From positions 13,102 through 77,101 of the forward strand of contig RHPI01001831.1 in the NCBI GenBank assembly GCA_009103225.1: 64,000 bases of DNA, read 5' to 3'. The notes under the pieces were generated by a model. It saw only the letters and a program-made list of their open reading frames with translations. It did not search any database and was not told where the DNA came from. A program made the translations under genes and the position numbers. The DNA is from Chlorokybus atmophyticus (lineage: Eukaryota > Plantae > Mesostigma and Chlorokybus algae). This document shows, one piece after another, positions 1-10,673 of this stretch (the first letter of the stretch is position 1; every line of letters begins with the position of its first letter).

Positions 1-335
1 ATAGCGCAGCATGTGCCTCCAGTCATGCGCATGTGTGTTATGTACATGGGTGTTCAACACGTGCATGGAAGTTGACAGCACGTCCTACACATAACCCAAC
101 CTGCTACTTTGAGACAGACTACACAATCACATCACAGCACACGCTCACCATTAAAATCACACAACAAGTAACGCACCACCTGCAACTGAACTATCCAAGC
201 GCAAGTGTGCTCAACATGGTAAGCACATGTACATGCAGAGGTTCGACCACGACCACTACTATGTACACACATACAAACTTGTATGAGTGCGATATCGCGC
301 ACACAGCTGAACACTATCGTGGCACACCGCACCAG

Positions 336-2278
336 TCACAGCAGCCTGCTCCAGTGCTTCTCTAGCTCTTGCAATACGGAGGTGGCCAGTTCGCCAGCTT
401 CCGGAGAGATGTTCAAGGCGCCAGTCAGATACGCACCACTGAAAGCCTTCCAATAAGGTGACGCAGGCCTTGGATAGTATGGATCGTTGATCGTGATGCT
501 TTGCACAATGACATGGACGTCGTCATTGTGCGCCCGCATCTGATTGAAGTCGATACAACCATACCAAGGCTCTTGACTCATGGGGTTGTTGGGGTCACTG
601 CACAAAACAAACTCGATGTCGCGCCCGTCCCAACCAACCTCAAAATTGATGAAGGACAGGAGCTGACCCATGCCAGCAGCAATCCTACTTGCGGGTAAGC
701 CCAATCCTTCGATGCGATCGGTCGTAAGCGGATAATTCTCCAAATTGAAAAACCTGCTACGGGCTTGACTCGTTTCCTTGCCTAAGTAAAGGCGTGCCAA
801 GAATGGTGGCATAGGTTTCTCCTTCTCAGCCTCAGGAAAATACTTCTCCATGATGGCGTTGCCGACTTCGAGTGGCACCGGCCGCATGCGCTGCATCACA
901 TACATTGCAACGGGTGGCAAGCCCAAGGCCATGCCTGGAGGGTTGCCAAGAGCATTCGCAAAGTCCTGAAACGTGTCGTAGTAGCCAAGTGGTTGGGGCA
1001 CTTGAAATATTAAATGCTCTTGCTTGCTGCATGCGGCAGCAAGCAACTCAAGATCTTTGTATTCCTGCAACAGCTTCGTGGCATCTGCTTGATGCCTAAC
1101 TTGCTTGACAACAACGGCGCTGTAGTCCTTGTTGCAGAAAACAGTAGCAAAGCTACCGGCACCCAAGCGCTCGAACCGACTGATCAGAGCAGAACTTGGA
1201 ACCTAAATTCGTACAAAGGTAACAGGTGATTAGAAACCAAGCAAGTCATCACATTCATTACTCCGGCATGCATTTCCTTTGACAGATGTCACACTTGAAG
1301 AGCAGCATGGAAGATATCTAACAACGCATCAACCTAACAGCTTGTTCAACTCTTCATGCTGTGTGCATGACAGTACTTGGAATTGGGACGACTCAATAGC
1401 GAAGCATGCATCAGTATTGGGTTTCACACACCTCCGCTTGTGCAGTGACAGAACCGGCAGGCTCCCCTTCGACACCCTTCACAGCCTGCTTGAAAACACT
1501 ACAGTCATCTCTCAAACCCTTGACTATCATAGCCATGACGTTAGGACGAACAAACATAGTTGCAGTGCACCAGTACTGCCTCCCACACCTCAGCTTTTGC
1601 AGTGATGGTAGCAGGCTCAGCTTGGACAACTTGCACCTCCCCTTTACCCTCCTCCAACTCTTCATCCTGATGTGAGTGCATGACAGCATCGCAAACTTGG
1701 ACTGAGGACAACCCGACAGAAAAGCATTGCACGAGATTTGGCTTTCGTACACCTCAGCTTGCGCAGTGAAGGGCGAACCAGCAGGCTCGCCTTCAACCTG
1801 CTTGACAACAATACTGTCATCTCCCAAACGCTTGGCTATATTAGGACGATTAAGTACTGCCTCTCACACCTCAGCTTGTACAGTGATGGTATCAGGCTCA
1901 TCTTGGACATCTTGCGCCTCCCCTTTGCCCTCCTCAGCCTGCTCGCCAACAACAGTATCTCCCAAGCGCTCCACTATGCTGACGAACGCTGCCTCGCCCA
2001 CCAGCGTTGTTGTCAACGTTAGGTTGTCCATGAGATCATGCAGAGCAGGATATGCTTGGCTTTGGTCTCCCAGTTGCACCTGAAAACTGTTGCGCAACTT
2101 GTCCAACAGTTCTGTCGCAGGCATGTCCAACAGACTTGCCTGCGACAGAACTGTTGGAGGTGAAAGTTTGTCAGAAAGCATGTCTGACAGAGCGGCCAAA
2201 AGCGGCCACAGCCAAGCGGGCATGCCTGGCAACAACTTCGTTGCCATGGCCCGTCAGCCGTTCAAGGCTGGGTTGCAT
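336..2278 (-). CDS. Atypical protein-kinase-like (DUF3669-like) gene, paralogue 1; spliced, N-terminus possibly frameshifted
   Basis: Last exon 1202-336 encodes GAGSFATVF (Gly loop), VVKQV, LQEY, DGRDIEFV, CIDFNQ and NDPYYPRP, motifs I recall from DUF3669 proteins. First exon 2278/2247-1870 ends CAAGCTGAG|GTGTG; acceptor TTTAG at 1203-1207 is phase 0. Confidence 0.75.
1432..1990 (-). repeat. Four tandem diverged exon-like modules, each ending in a CAA(A)GC(T/G)GAG|GTGT donor
   Basis: Modules end at 1870, 1753, 1589 and 1432 and encode variants of (LGD..VV.Q)(EEG.GE)..EPA...TAQAE. Confidence 0.75.
2102..2158. repeat. Perfect 22-bp inverted repeat with 13-nt spacer inside a coding exon
   Basis: TCCAACAGTTCTGTCGCAGGCA (2102-2123) and TGCCTGCGACAGAACTGTTGGA (2137-2158). 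Confidence 0.95.
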
Positions 2279-3859
2279 GGTGTAGGTCCAGCCAAACAGT
2301 GCAAACGGAAGGCTGCAAGGACCTACAAGCAAAGGTCAGCAACGTTAGTCATTAACCCGCAATAACCTAGGCAGTGCCCCTGTTTTACTCACAACGCGTG
2401 TACTTGATAGCCAATACTCTACATATTGCTCTGAATGCACAGCAATCTTCATCCATCAAACACACACACGCATACGCAACACACACACGCATGCATGCAT
2501 GCATGCATGCATGCATGCATGTACAACCATTATATAAACCGTCACATGCAGACGCACTGTGTTGAATGCAAGGCATGTGGAAACACGCACGAGCAAGCAG
2601 CCGCAACAGAACTCACCCCGCTCCACAACATGCAAGGCATGTGGAAACCCGCACGAGCAGCCGCAGCGCTCACAATCCTCATCCACCACAAGCTTGCTGT
2701 GTTCGCTACAGAAACTACAAAGTCACACAGCACCTGACCAGCAGATTAGCGTTAGTAGTTTGAGATCAATGAACGGAAGGCAGGTGGGCGGTAGAATCGC
2801 TAGTGCCCGCCTGCCTCGCCTACAGTAGGTTTGAGGGGTTGGAGAAAGGCGAGGCAGGCAGGTGGCAGCGAGTAGCCACCGCCTGCCTCGCCCTTGTCAA
2901 ATTAGACCTGCTGATTGTGTCTCAGTTTGTGAGTACCGTAAAGCTGTGAGTTTACTGTCCCATACATCCATCATGCGTGACCGGGTGGCCGTCACGCATC
3001 GCATTCGGCGATGTTGGTAACCCGTTCTATAACAACTGTAGCTAACGTCGTTGTCATAAAAATGTCACACACAACAAAAACATGACAAATTGTAGGCGTC
3101 GTCGCGATGATGAACGATCACATTGATGCGGTTGCCTTACATACATATACATGTATGCATATCTGCCCAGATTATTGTACTATGTCTTACATCAGTTGTA
3201 CTTGTTCATGTACATTATAGTGTTAGAAATCGTGCTTGTTTTTATGTACAAAGGTACTATGAATTTTGTGTCTTATATATATTTATAATTATCTATATAA
3301 CTAATATATTAAAATATGTATTACAATATTTCAATAGAATACTATGGATATTTATAATTAAGCTGCAATCGTTTCCTTCAGCTTTGTCAAGCTTGGACCT
3401 GATCTTTATGTTTAAACTAATCATCGGATATTATGACATAAAAGCCAAAACTACTATATAACTGCATGTAAGACAATTGTAACACAAACATTGATTTAAC
3501 GATAAACAATATTTTTAATAAAACAAGAGTGAAATGTGCAAGTGTATGTAAGAAAGCTTGAGTGTCAGCTGGTGCATTAGCCTAATGTCATTATCATGCA
3601 TATGCTTGGTGTATTGCCTATATATATGTGGTGTTCCGTGTTTACTGCCGCATGCGGCGCAAGGCATGCCGCCATGTACTGGGTGTGCGTGTTCGCCAAT
3701 CATTCATGCTGTATGATCATAGCCATATGTGTAGGTTTAAAACATGATTATATATAAATGCATTGGCCCAATCATATAATATTCTGCTTTTAAGTGTATG
3801 GGCCCCAGCATATAATATCCATGATAGATGTTGTATATCAAGCGGTGTGACCACTACCT

Positions 3860-4260
3860 CTTATGGTCATAGTTCATGTGCATCTCTTTTGTGTCAGCTT
3901 ACATGCACGCCAAGAATATTTGTGAAATATGTAGACTGAAATAATTTGTTTCTTTTGAGGCGCTAAATTATTTATGATATGTATATATGATACCAATAAT
4001 GGCAATCAACGTCATGTATGCGACAATTGCATGAACTTACATTGATTGCCATCATTTGTGTGGCCACATCTAGCGTGCGTCTCCTTCGTGTCGGCTTACT
4101 AAGCCGACATGACATGCATGCTATAAGTAAATGAACTCAACTGCAAATTGTGCTGACTACCATTACTTGTTTGATTTGAGGCATTAAATACTAATAATGG
4201 CAATCAACGTCGTGCATCCGACCTCCGCATACGCTTGTGTTGATATTCAACGACCAATGT
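3860..4260. repeat. Diverged ~198-bp tandem duplication in an AT-rich island
   Basis: AATAATGGCAATCAACGTC at 3995 and 4193; GTGTC(A/G)GCTTAC and TTTGAGGC motifs recur at roughly similar spacing. Confidence 0.7.
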
Positions 4261-4783
4261 ACTGCTCGTAATATGACTTTAAATATTGCAAATAATGTCA
4301 CATTGATTGTAACGATCACAATTCAATGGCAATATGATGTCGCGATGGCCAATTAATTGTACGATATTGTGCCATGCAAGCCTGCACTGATGACTCTCAC
4401 CCATAGAAGTTCAGATGTATATGTTATATCACCCATCCGTATCAAAGAGACATCGAGCTGCATATACATATTGTTTAATTATTTGATAATGTGCCATTGC
4501 AAGGTTCAAGAATTTATGTGGATCATCCCACCGTGGCGCACGTGAGGCTCACGTGTGCACGTGTATGTGTGCACATGCAAAGCGCTTGTCCTTTACTCCT
4601 CAATTTGCCCGTCAATCCTTTCAACGTACCTGCAGTTGAAGGCGCAACTACAAAACCAATATGGGTACTGTGGCCTCTCCTCCCTGCAGGTTGTGCTTCA
4701 CGGAAGGGGTACCCCTTCTTGCTGCCTACCTCGACCTGCTTGAGGGTCTAGTCTTATCTAGTGTCTTGCATACTATACTTGTA

Positions 4784-4957
4784 GTGTTATAGCTAGTCCA
4801 AGTGTTAACACTTACAACTGGCGTTGTATTTGATAGCTCTACCTTAGCCCCCGCATGATTGAGGGTGTTTTGCGTGCTGTTGGCTGTGCGCTAAATGCTG
4901 CACACATTCGTTTCCACATGATAGAGTGTGCTTCGCGCAGCTCTTGTGTCTATTATG
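4784..4957 (-). repeat. ~170-bp dispersed sequence homologous to 31768-31928 (+)
   Basis: Shared CATAATAGACACAAGAGCTGCGC.AAGCACACT.TATCA...GAATGTGTGCA and GAGCTATC.AA.ACAACGCCA...ACACTT.GACTAGCTAT.ACAC. Confidence 0.85.
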
Positions 4958-5218
4958 GGTACTATTGCTACTTGCATAACAGATTCTGCATGAACCTTCA
5001 GCAAGCGTCTCTTACAAGCGCACGCGATATGACAGCGAATATGGCACAACTTGCCTTTGGTGTGACTCGAACCCAGCTTTCTCGAATCACAACCTCTTCT
5101 TCCTATTTACCTTATGAGTTAAACAACAGAAATTGAAAAAGCTTGCTCTTGGTATATCACTAGAACAATCGGATTACAACCCCCCCTCCCCCCCCTTCCT
5201 TAGATACGATAACATTTA

Positions 5219-5274
5219 NNNNNNNNNNNNNNNNNNNNNNNNNNNNCCCCCCCCCCCCCCCCCCCCCCCCCCCC
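5219..5274. other. Assembly gap (28 N) followed by a poly-C run
   Basis: N at 5219-5246, C run at 5247-5274. Confidence 0.95.
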
Positions 5275-6374
5275 GCTTTCATCGTAAAGGGTGAAAGTGA
5301 CTACAAAATTGAATCCAAATTTGGATAATCTAACTTAGCGGTCATTGTTACGTGTGTAGAAAATAATTTTCATGCATGAGTAGGTTTGTCACATGATGCC
5401 TAATCAAATGGGTAGACAATTCTTTGTCCGATAAGGACAGACTTTATTCAATAACCAGACATCACCGCCTCAAACTCATCTGAACTTATATTTGAAACCT
5501 CTCAAACATTCAGCTTGTCAACTGAAAGTCAACTTACTAGCTGACCAACAAAGTCTTCAACATTGATTAGACAGCTGATGTTATCCTGCATACTCAAATA
5601 TTTTTACAATAGTCTAGGTCTTAGCCATTTCAGTGACTTGAAGAAAAGTGAAGGTTGAATGTCAGACAAAAATAGCCTGCTTACATTCACAACATCTTTG
5701 ATAGACAGAGTTCACTGCATATGGTTGATGCTGCTATCTGATTGTCATGCATTGGAGAGGTTACCGGTTTTATTCAACAACCAAACAAGCCATCTGCCAA
5801 CAAGATTATTAGTAGATCTCGTCAACCATGTACGTGCTGATACATCTAATTGCCGTCGCGGCGCAGCCACTCGTTTGCATCTTCATCCACCACGTCTTCC
5901 TCATCGCTCGAGGCGATGTTAATTCTTTGCGTGCCTCCCTAAGGGACACATGTATCAACCCCTTGGGCAATAACGCGTGCGAGTGATGTTTATTTTCCTT
6001 TAGTGACAATATTTATGTTTGCAAGCGGTATCATTTGTATAAAAACATGTGTGATCTCTCGTAATAATGATGTGAATGAAAATTGTGGCCAACATTGGTT
6101 GCATAAGAGTTTGACAATGTGACGCTACCAAGTTAAATACTTATTATGATATGCACGAAAAAAAGTGGTGCAGTTGTTGATATCATATCTAAAGGTTAAT
6201 TCTATCTTTATCAATCTATGGTTTGTTAAAAAGTAATACGGTATGTGTATTAATTTTGATATAAGTATGTACAAGCATGTAAAATTGAGGATTTATACAA
6301 GTATGAAGCATTGTGTATGTAACATATAACATAAATATATCATCAGACTGTATAGTTCTTAAATGTTTATATAT

Positions 6375-6565
6375 TGTTTATGTATATACACACACATACA
6401 CATATACATATATATGTATGTATACAAATATATATATATATGTGTATATATATACTTATATATACATATATGTGTATATGTGTATGTGTATGTATATACA
6501 TAAACAACATATAAATATATGTATATATACATACATATATGTGTATATGCATGTATATATATATC
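6375..6565. repeat. Compound (TA)/(TG) low-complexity microsatellite
   Basis: Direct reading. Confidence 0.9.
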
Positions 6566-7159
6566 AAGGATAATATCATGACATAGTATGCATGTTACAT
6601 GTGAACAACTACTAGTACACTGGCTCATAAAATTGAGAGGTGTATATACATGATTAATGAGTATAAATACGCATCTGTACGCGTAAAAACAAATCATTGT
6701 GGTCGCTTGGCAGCATCCTTACCCCCTAGCAATATCCCAATTTCTTTAAAAGTTCTAGGTTTGAATTTCGCCGTTGCACAGAGCCATTGCGTCTGATGGC
6801 TCTGTGCAACGGTGGCGGCAGGCGGGAGGGCAGCGGCGGCGGCGATGGCGGTGGCGGTGGCGGGCGGGCGGGCGGTTGGACGGACGGGCGGGCTTAGCGG
6901 TGGTGGTCCGGCCGCAGCACTGGTGCGGATGTCTGGCCAGCCACCAGCAGGGAGGCCGCGGCAGGCCGCCTGCCAGCGGGCAGCGGGCAACGGCACGTGG
7001 GCAGAGTATAGTGCGCACATGTAAGCGTGTGAGCGTGTGGGCGTGCGTGTGTGTTGGCGTGTGGCGTGTTTTAGGTCTTCCACTTGTCACATTGGCCTGA
7101 TCTGGTAGTGCATGTGAGTGTTGGCGAACAGTTTACCTTGTGCCTGGCTTGGTCTGACA

Positions 7160-7160
<1 letters not shown>

Positions 7161-7231
<71 letters not shown>
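7161..7231. repeat. (TG)n microsatellite ending at a single N
   Basis: Direct reading; N at 7232. Confidence 0.95.
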
Positions 7232-7941
7232 NTCCTCTACCTAGGGGTTAGGCAGGATGCTGACCTCCCCGCCCATGTTGTCCTTCGCCTCGATCAAGGG
7301 CACGGCTTCAGGGTCTACAAGGTCCGGCAGCGGAACACCCGAGGGGTAGTGGTGGACGCGCTGATGTTAGAGCACAGCATCAGCGATCAAGTCTAGCTGC
7401 GCTTTTGTGTGGATGTTACCACCCCCACCTTTTGGATGGAGTACAACTGAGGTGGTTGTACATGCACTGACTTGTGTTGTTTGTGTTTGTGTTTCTGTTT
7501 GTCTTTATGTCTGTGTGGCGTGCTTGTGCATTGCTGTGCGTGTGTGCATACTTAAACTGGTTTGGGGCATTACGGGCAATGTGTGTGTGTGTTATGACAA
7601 CCTGTGCATGCACATAGCATGCAGCTTGTATGCTCGAAGGCTGGCACAATAGGTTGGGAGGGTGAAGGGTTTCTGTACGCAGCGGTCTAGGCCTGCTTTA
7701 CTTATGCAGCGCAAGCCTGTGTCTAGCTGCTGTTTTCATGTTGACGAGGGTGAGTGCTGGCTGACATGCTGCCAGGGTTGCATGCACGGCCTTATCTGCA
7801 GCGTTGAGGTCGGAGGGAATGGGGGACAGTGACATGTAGCGATCTGGGCTGCAGACAGGGCTGTGGTCAGGGCTTGCCATGTGGAGCTCATGCCTCGCTG
7901 TGGGTCATTATATACGTGTGGGGGCTCCAGCTGTGAAGAGA

Positions 7942-8688
7942 TCAATGCTGCATGACTAAGCTCCTGCAGGTGTGTGAATGTGCGTGGGTCCTGCATGCTG
8001 CATAGCCCGGTGCTATTCTAACAACTTGGCTTATTTTGCAGCCTCCTTTGGCAGCCTTGGCAGCATCCTTGGCGGCCTTGGCAGCCTTCTTCTGCTCGGC
8101 CAGCTGCGCTCGAACCTCCTGAGCACCCTGCCTCTTCTCAGCAGCCTCCTCCTTCTTCTGTGCCATCTGCTTCCTGTACGCAGCCTTCTCCTTGCGCAGC
8201 ACAACTTGAATGGCTCGGTTCTTGGCTGTCACTGCCTCCCTCTTCTCGTGCAGCAGGTCTACGTTGGCCTGCGAGGTCACAACTTGGGCGCCCTGCACCA
8301 CATGGTTCCTTTTCTGCTTCTGATGCCACCCTTGCTGTGCATCCTGCTGGTGGACGCCAATGTTGATGTTGTTGTTTTCGGCAGCAGCGTTATAATGGCC
8401 ACTGATGTTATTGTTGTTGTGGTTGTTGATGTTGTTGACGTTTGGACGTACCTCCACCGGTGGGCGGCCATTCTCGTTATCGCTGTCACTGGCCTCGTCC
8501 TCTGTCGCCTCCGAGTACTCTTCGCTCGCAGACTGTTCAGGCAGGCCATCTCCGTCCATTGGCAGTGCCGGGCCTCCAAACTCATGCTGCACCTGCAAGT
8601 GGGCGAGATCTGGTGTGCACTTTGCATGTTCACAGGGGTTCTTATGCGCGGACCAGTTGGAGGACGGCGCGCAGGCCACGTCTGGCAC
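7942..8688 (-). pseudogene. Acidic / Asn-rich / Lys-Ala coiled-coil ORF, possibly the C-terminal part of a pogo-like transposase
   Basis: 248-aa ORF containing KRNHVVQGAQVVTSQANVDLLHEKREA..RKEK..KKEEAAEKR, which resembles the charged tails of pogo/Tc5 transposases; no diagnostic domain. Confidence 0.35.
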
Positions 8689-9161
8689 GTTCTAGCGTAC
8701 CAGTGCCGCGACTGGTCCGTCGTTGCCGGACCACTGGTGGTCCGGCCCCGGAGCCCGCCAGCATGGTCTGAATGACCGGACCAGGGCTGGTTGCGTGCCC
8801 CGCGGGTTGTAGACCGGTACTGCATTGATCAGCACGCGGTTCAATTGATAGAACCAAGGCTGATCGCGTGTTCCGCGGCCTGTGAGCCAGTGGACTTTGT
8901 TAGCAGTACACATGCACTGTGCGCATAGGGTCCATTGCTTCGCACCATGCATGGTACGGCAACCGGCTGCTGCTTACTACATTACACTTTGCCGCTGACT
9001 CAACGGATTGAGCGTACGTCAGCAGAACGCAAGCAGCTTACGGCAGCTTGTAGTTATCCGCGCTTGCTGGAATGTCAAGGTGCTGAGTTGTCGTTGCTGG
9101 TGCTGCGGTCCAAGCTGGTGGCGGCGGCGGGTGGTGCGGCGAGTGGTTTTGCGCGAGCTGA

Positions 9162-9337
9162 GTTTGTTAGGTAGAAGTTGTTGCTGATAGCCAAAGCATG
9201 TACGTACCGTAGCATTGCTGCTGCTGTGGCTTGCATGCGTAGCATGAAAGTTTGTTTGGTAGAAGTTGTTGCTGATAGCCAAAGCATGTACGTACCGTAG
9301 CATTGCTGCTGCTGTGGCTTGCATGCGTAGCATGAAA
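9162..9337. repeat. 88-bp tandem duplication (1 mismatch)
   Basis: 9162-9249 and 9250-9337. Confidence 0.9.
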
Positions 9338-9999
9338 GCGGCTGCTGCTCAGGCAGTTGCTTATGTTGCTGCTGATGTCAGCATTGGCTTTGTATTGGTA
9401 AGACTGTGGTGAGTGCAGCCTCTCGCCTGCCGGCAGCAACCGTTGCTGTGGTTGTAAGTGTCGCATCTGGTCATGTCTGCATATAGATGTTGCTAATGTA
9501 TGTGTTTGCTTATTGTCAAGCTGCAGTGCATCTGCGTATGTTTACCTCTGCAAAGCTGACTGCCTTGTGCATTGGCTAGCAATCAGGTGATGGAATTGCT
9601 TGGCATGGTTGGTATACCGTAAGTTGACTGCTGTTATGAGTGGGCGGATGCTCAACTGCTGCCCGAAGTGGCTTATCGGAGGAGGCATGGACGGTACCAG
9701 TCACCAAGCAGCTGACAAGATTGATATACACTGCCTGCTTCGCGGTGCCGTGAGATAAGTACATTGGTGTATGTGTGCTTAAGGTACACCCCCACCAATG
9801 CTTGTAGCTGCACGTGCGCATATCATGCGTATGTGTGCACATGTAAGTTTCTGTGCTTCCGCGTGGCCTCATATGTTAATCGACGATCGGACAATGCCTC
9901 GGCGGCGGACACAGTCGCCTGCAGGCGCAGGGGAGGGAGGTACAAGGGGGTCTACAGAGCAGGCACTGCATGGCGGCGCTGCTTCCCAGCCTGTGGACG

Positions 10000-10673
10000 G
10001 TGTAGGAGCGCGGGTTGCGAGGGGAGCGCGGGGAGGGGGGGACAAGGTCGAGTGTGGGCGACAGCGTCACAAGATGAGCTACTAGAGCGCCGTTTGTACA
10101 TGGCAATTCGACTAGGTATAGGACCGCCATGCCGCCCTACTCCCATGGACGACAACGACTCGCCTACGCATCCACGCAAACGCCCACGGACCAGACAGTC
10201 CAGGACATACACATTCGCGTGGCAGGACAAAACTGCAGCCATCAACGCAAGAGCGCAAGCCCGTGGTGCTGCTCGCGCTTCCGTTCCTCAACCAACGATC
10301 GCTGGCCCATCGTCCGGCACAACACCTCTGAGCGTCGAAACCGACATTGACCAGGCGAGGGCGCTGGCCCAACAAACCAGGGGGGTGATCGCCCCGCTGC
10401 TACCCGCCTTGGTGGAAGATCTGCCTGACGATCAACGAGATTCAGGAAGAGGCTACCTTACACCTTAAGGGTGTACACAACGGGATGGAGCAGGCCTAGT
10501 TGGAGAACAGCAAGTTCGCATCGCCCTATTGCGACAAGCAACCATGCTACATCGACAAGAAGGCATTGGCCTTAGACAGATGATGGGGATACTACGAGAA
10601 GGTGGCAATGCAGCGCGAGCCTAGTGACTTGGCTAGTCACCAATCACCCCGCAGTCTCTTTTGTTCGCATTTG
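10000..10673 (+). mobile_element. Internal fragment of the gag/PHD Ty3/gypsy family (third, more diverged copy), cut by a copia insertion
   Basis: Encodes QPTIAGPSS..LAQQTRGVIAPLLPALVEDLPDDQRD.GRGYLTP, matching 62100-62540 (+) and 18200-18500 (-). Confidence 0.8.

Noticed and set aside
2550-2670. Repeated CKACG zinc-ribbon-like motif on the + strand
   Set aside because: It lies antisense in the 5' UTR region of kinase-like paralogue 1 and arises from a short tandem duplication; there is no supporting gene structure.
2973-2999. Hairpin as a Helitron 3' end
   Set aside because: No CTRR terminus at the expected distance on either strand and no RepHel sequence.
3100-6700. Endogenous giant-virus insertion
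   Set aside because: No long ORFs or recognisable viral hallmark motifs; only degenerate frames.
7978-8775. 265-aa plus-strand hydrophobic ORF
   Set aside because: It is the antisense shadow of the Lys/Glu/Asn-rich minus-strand ORF.
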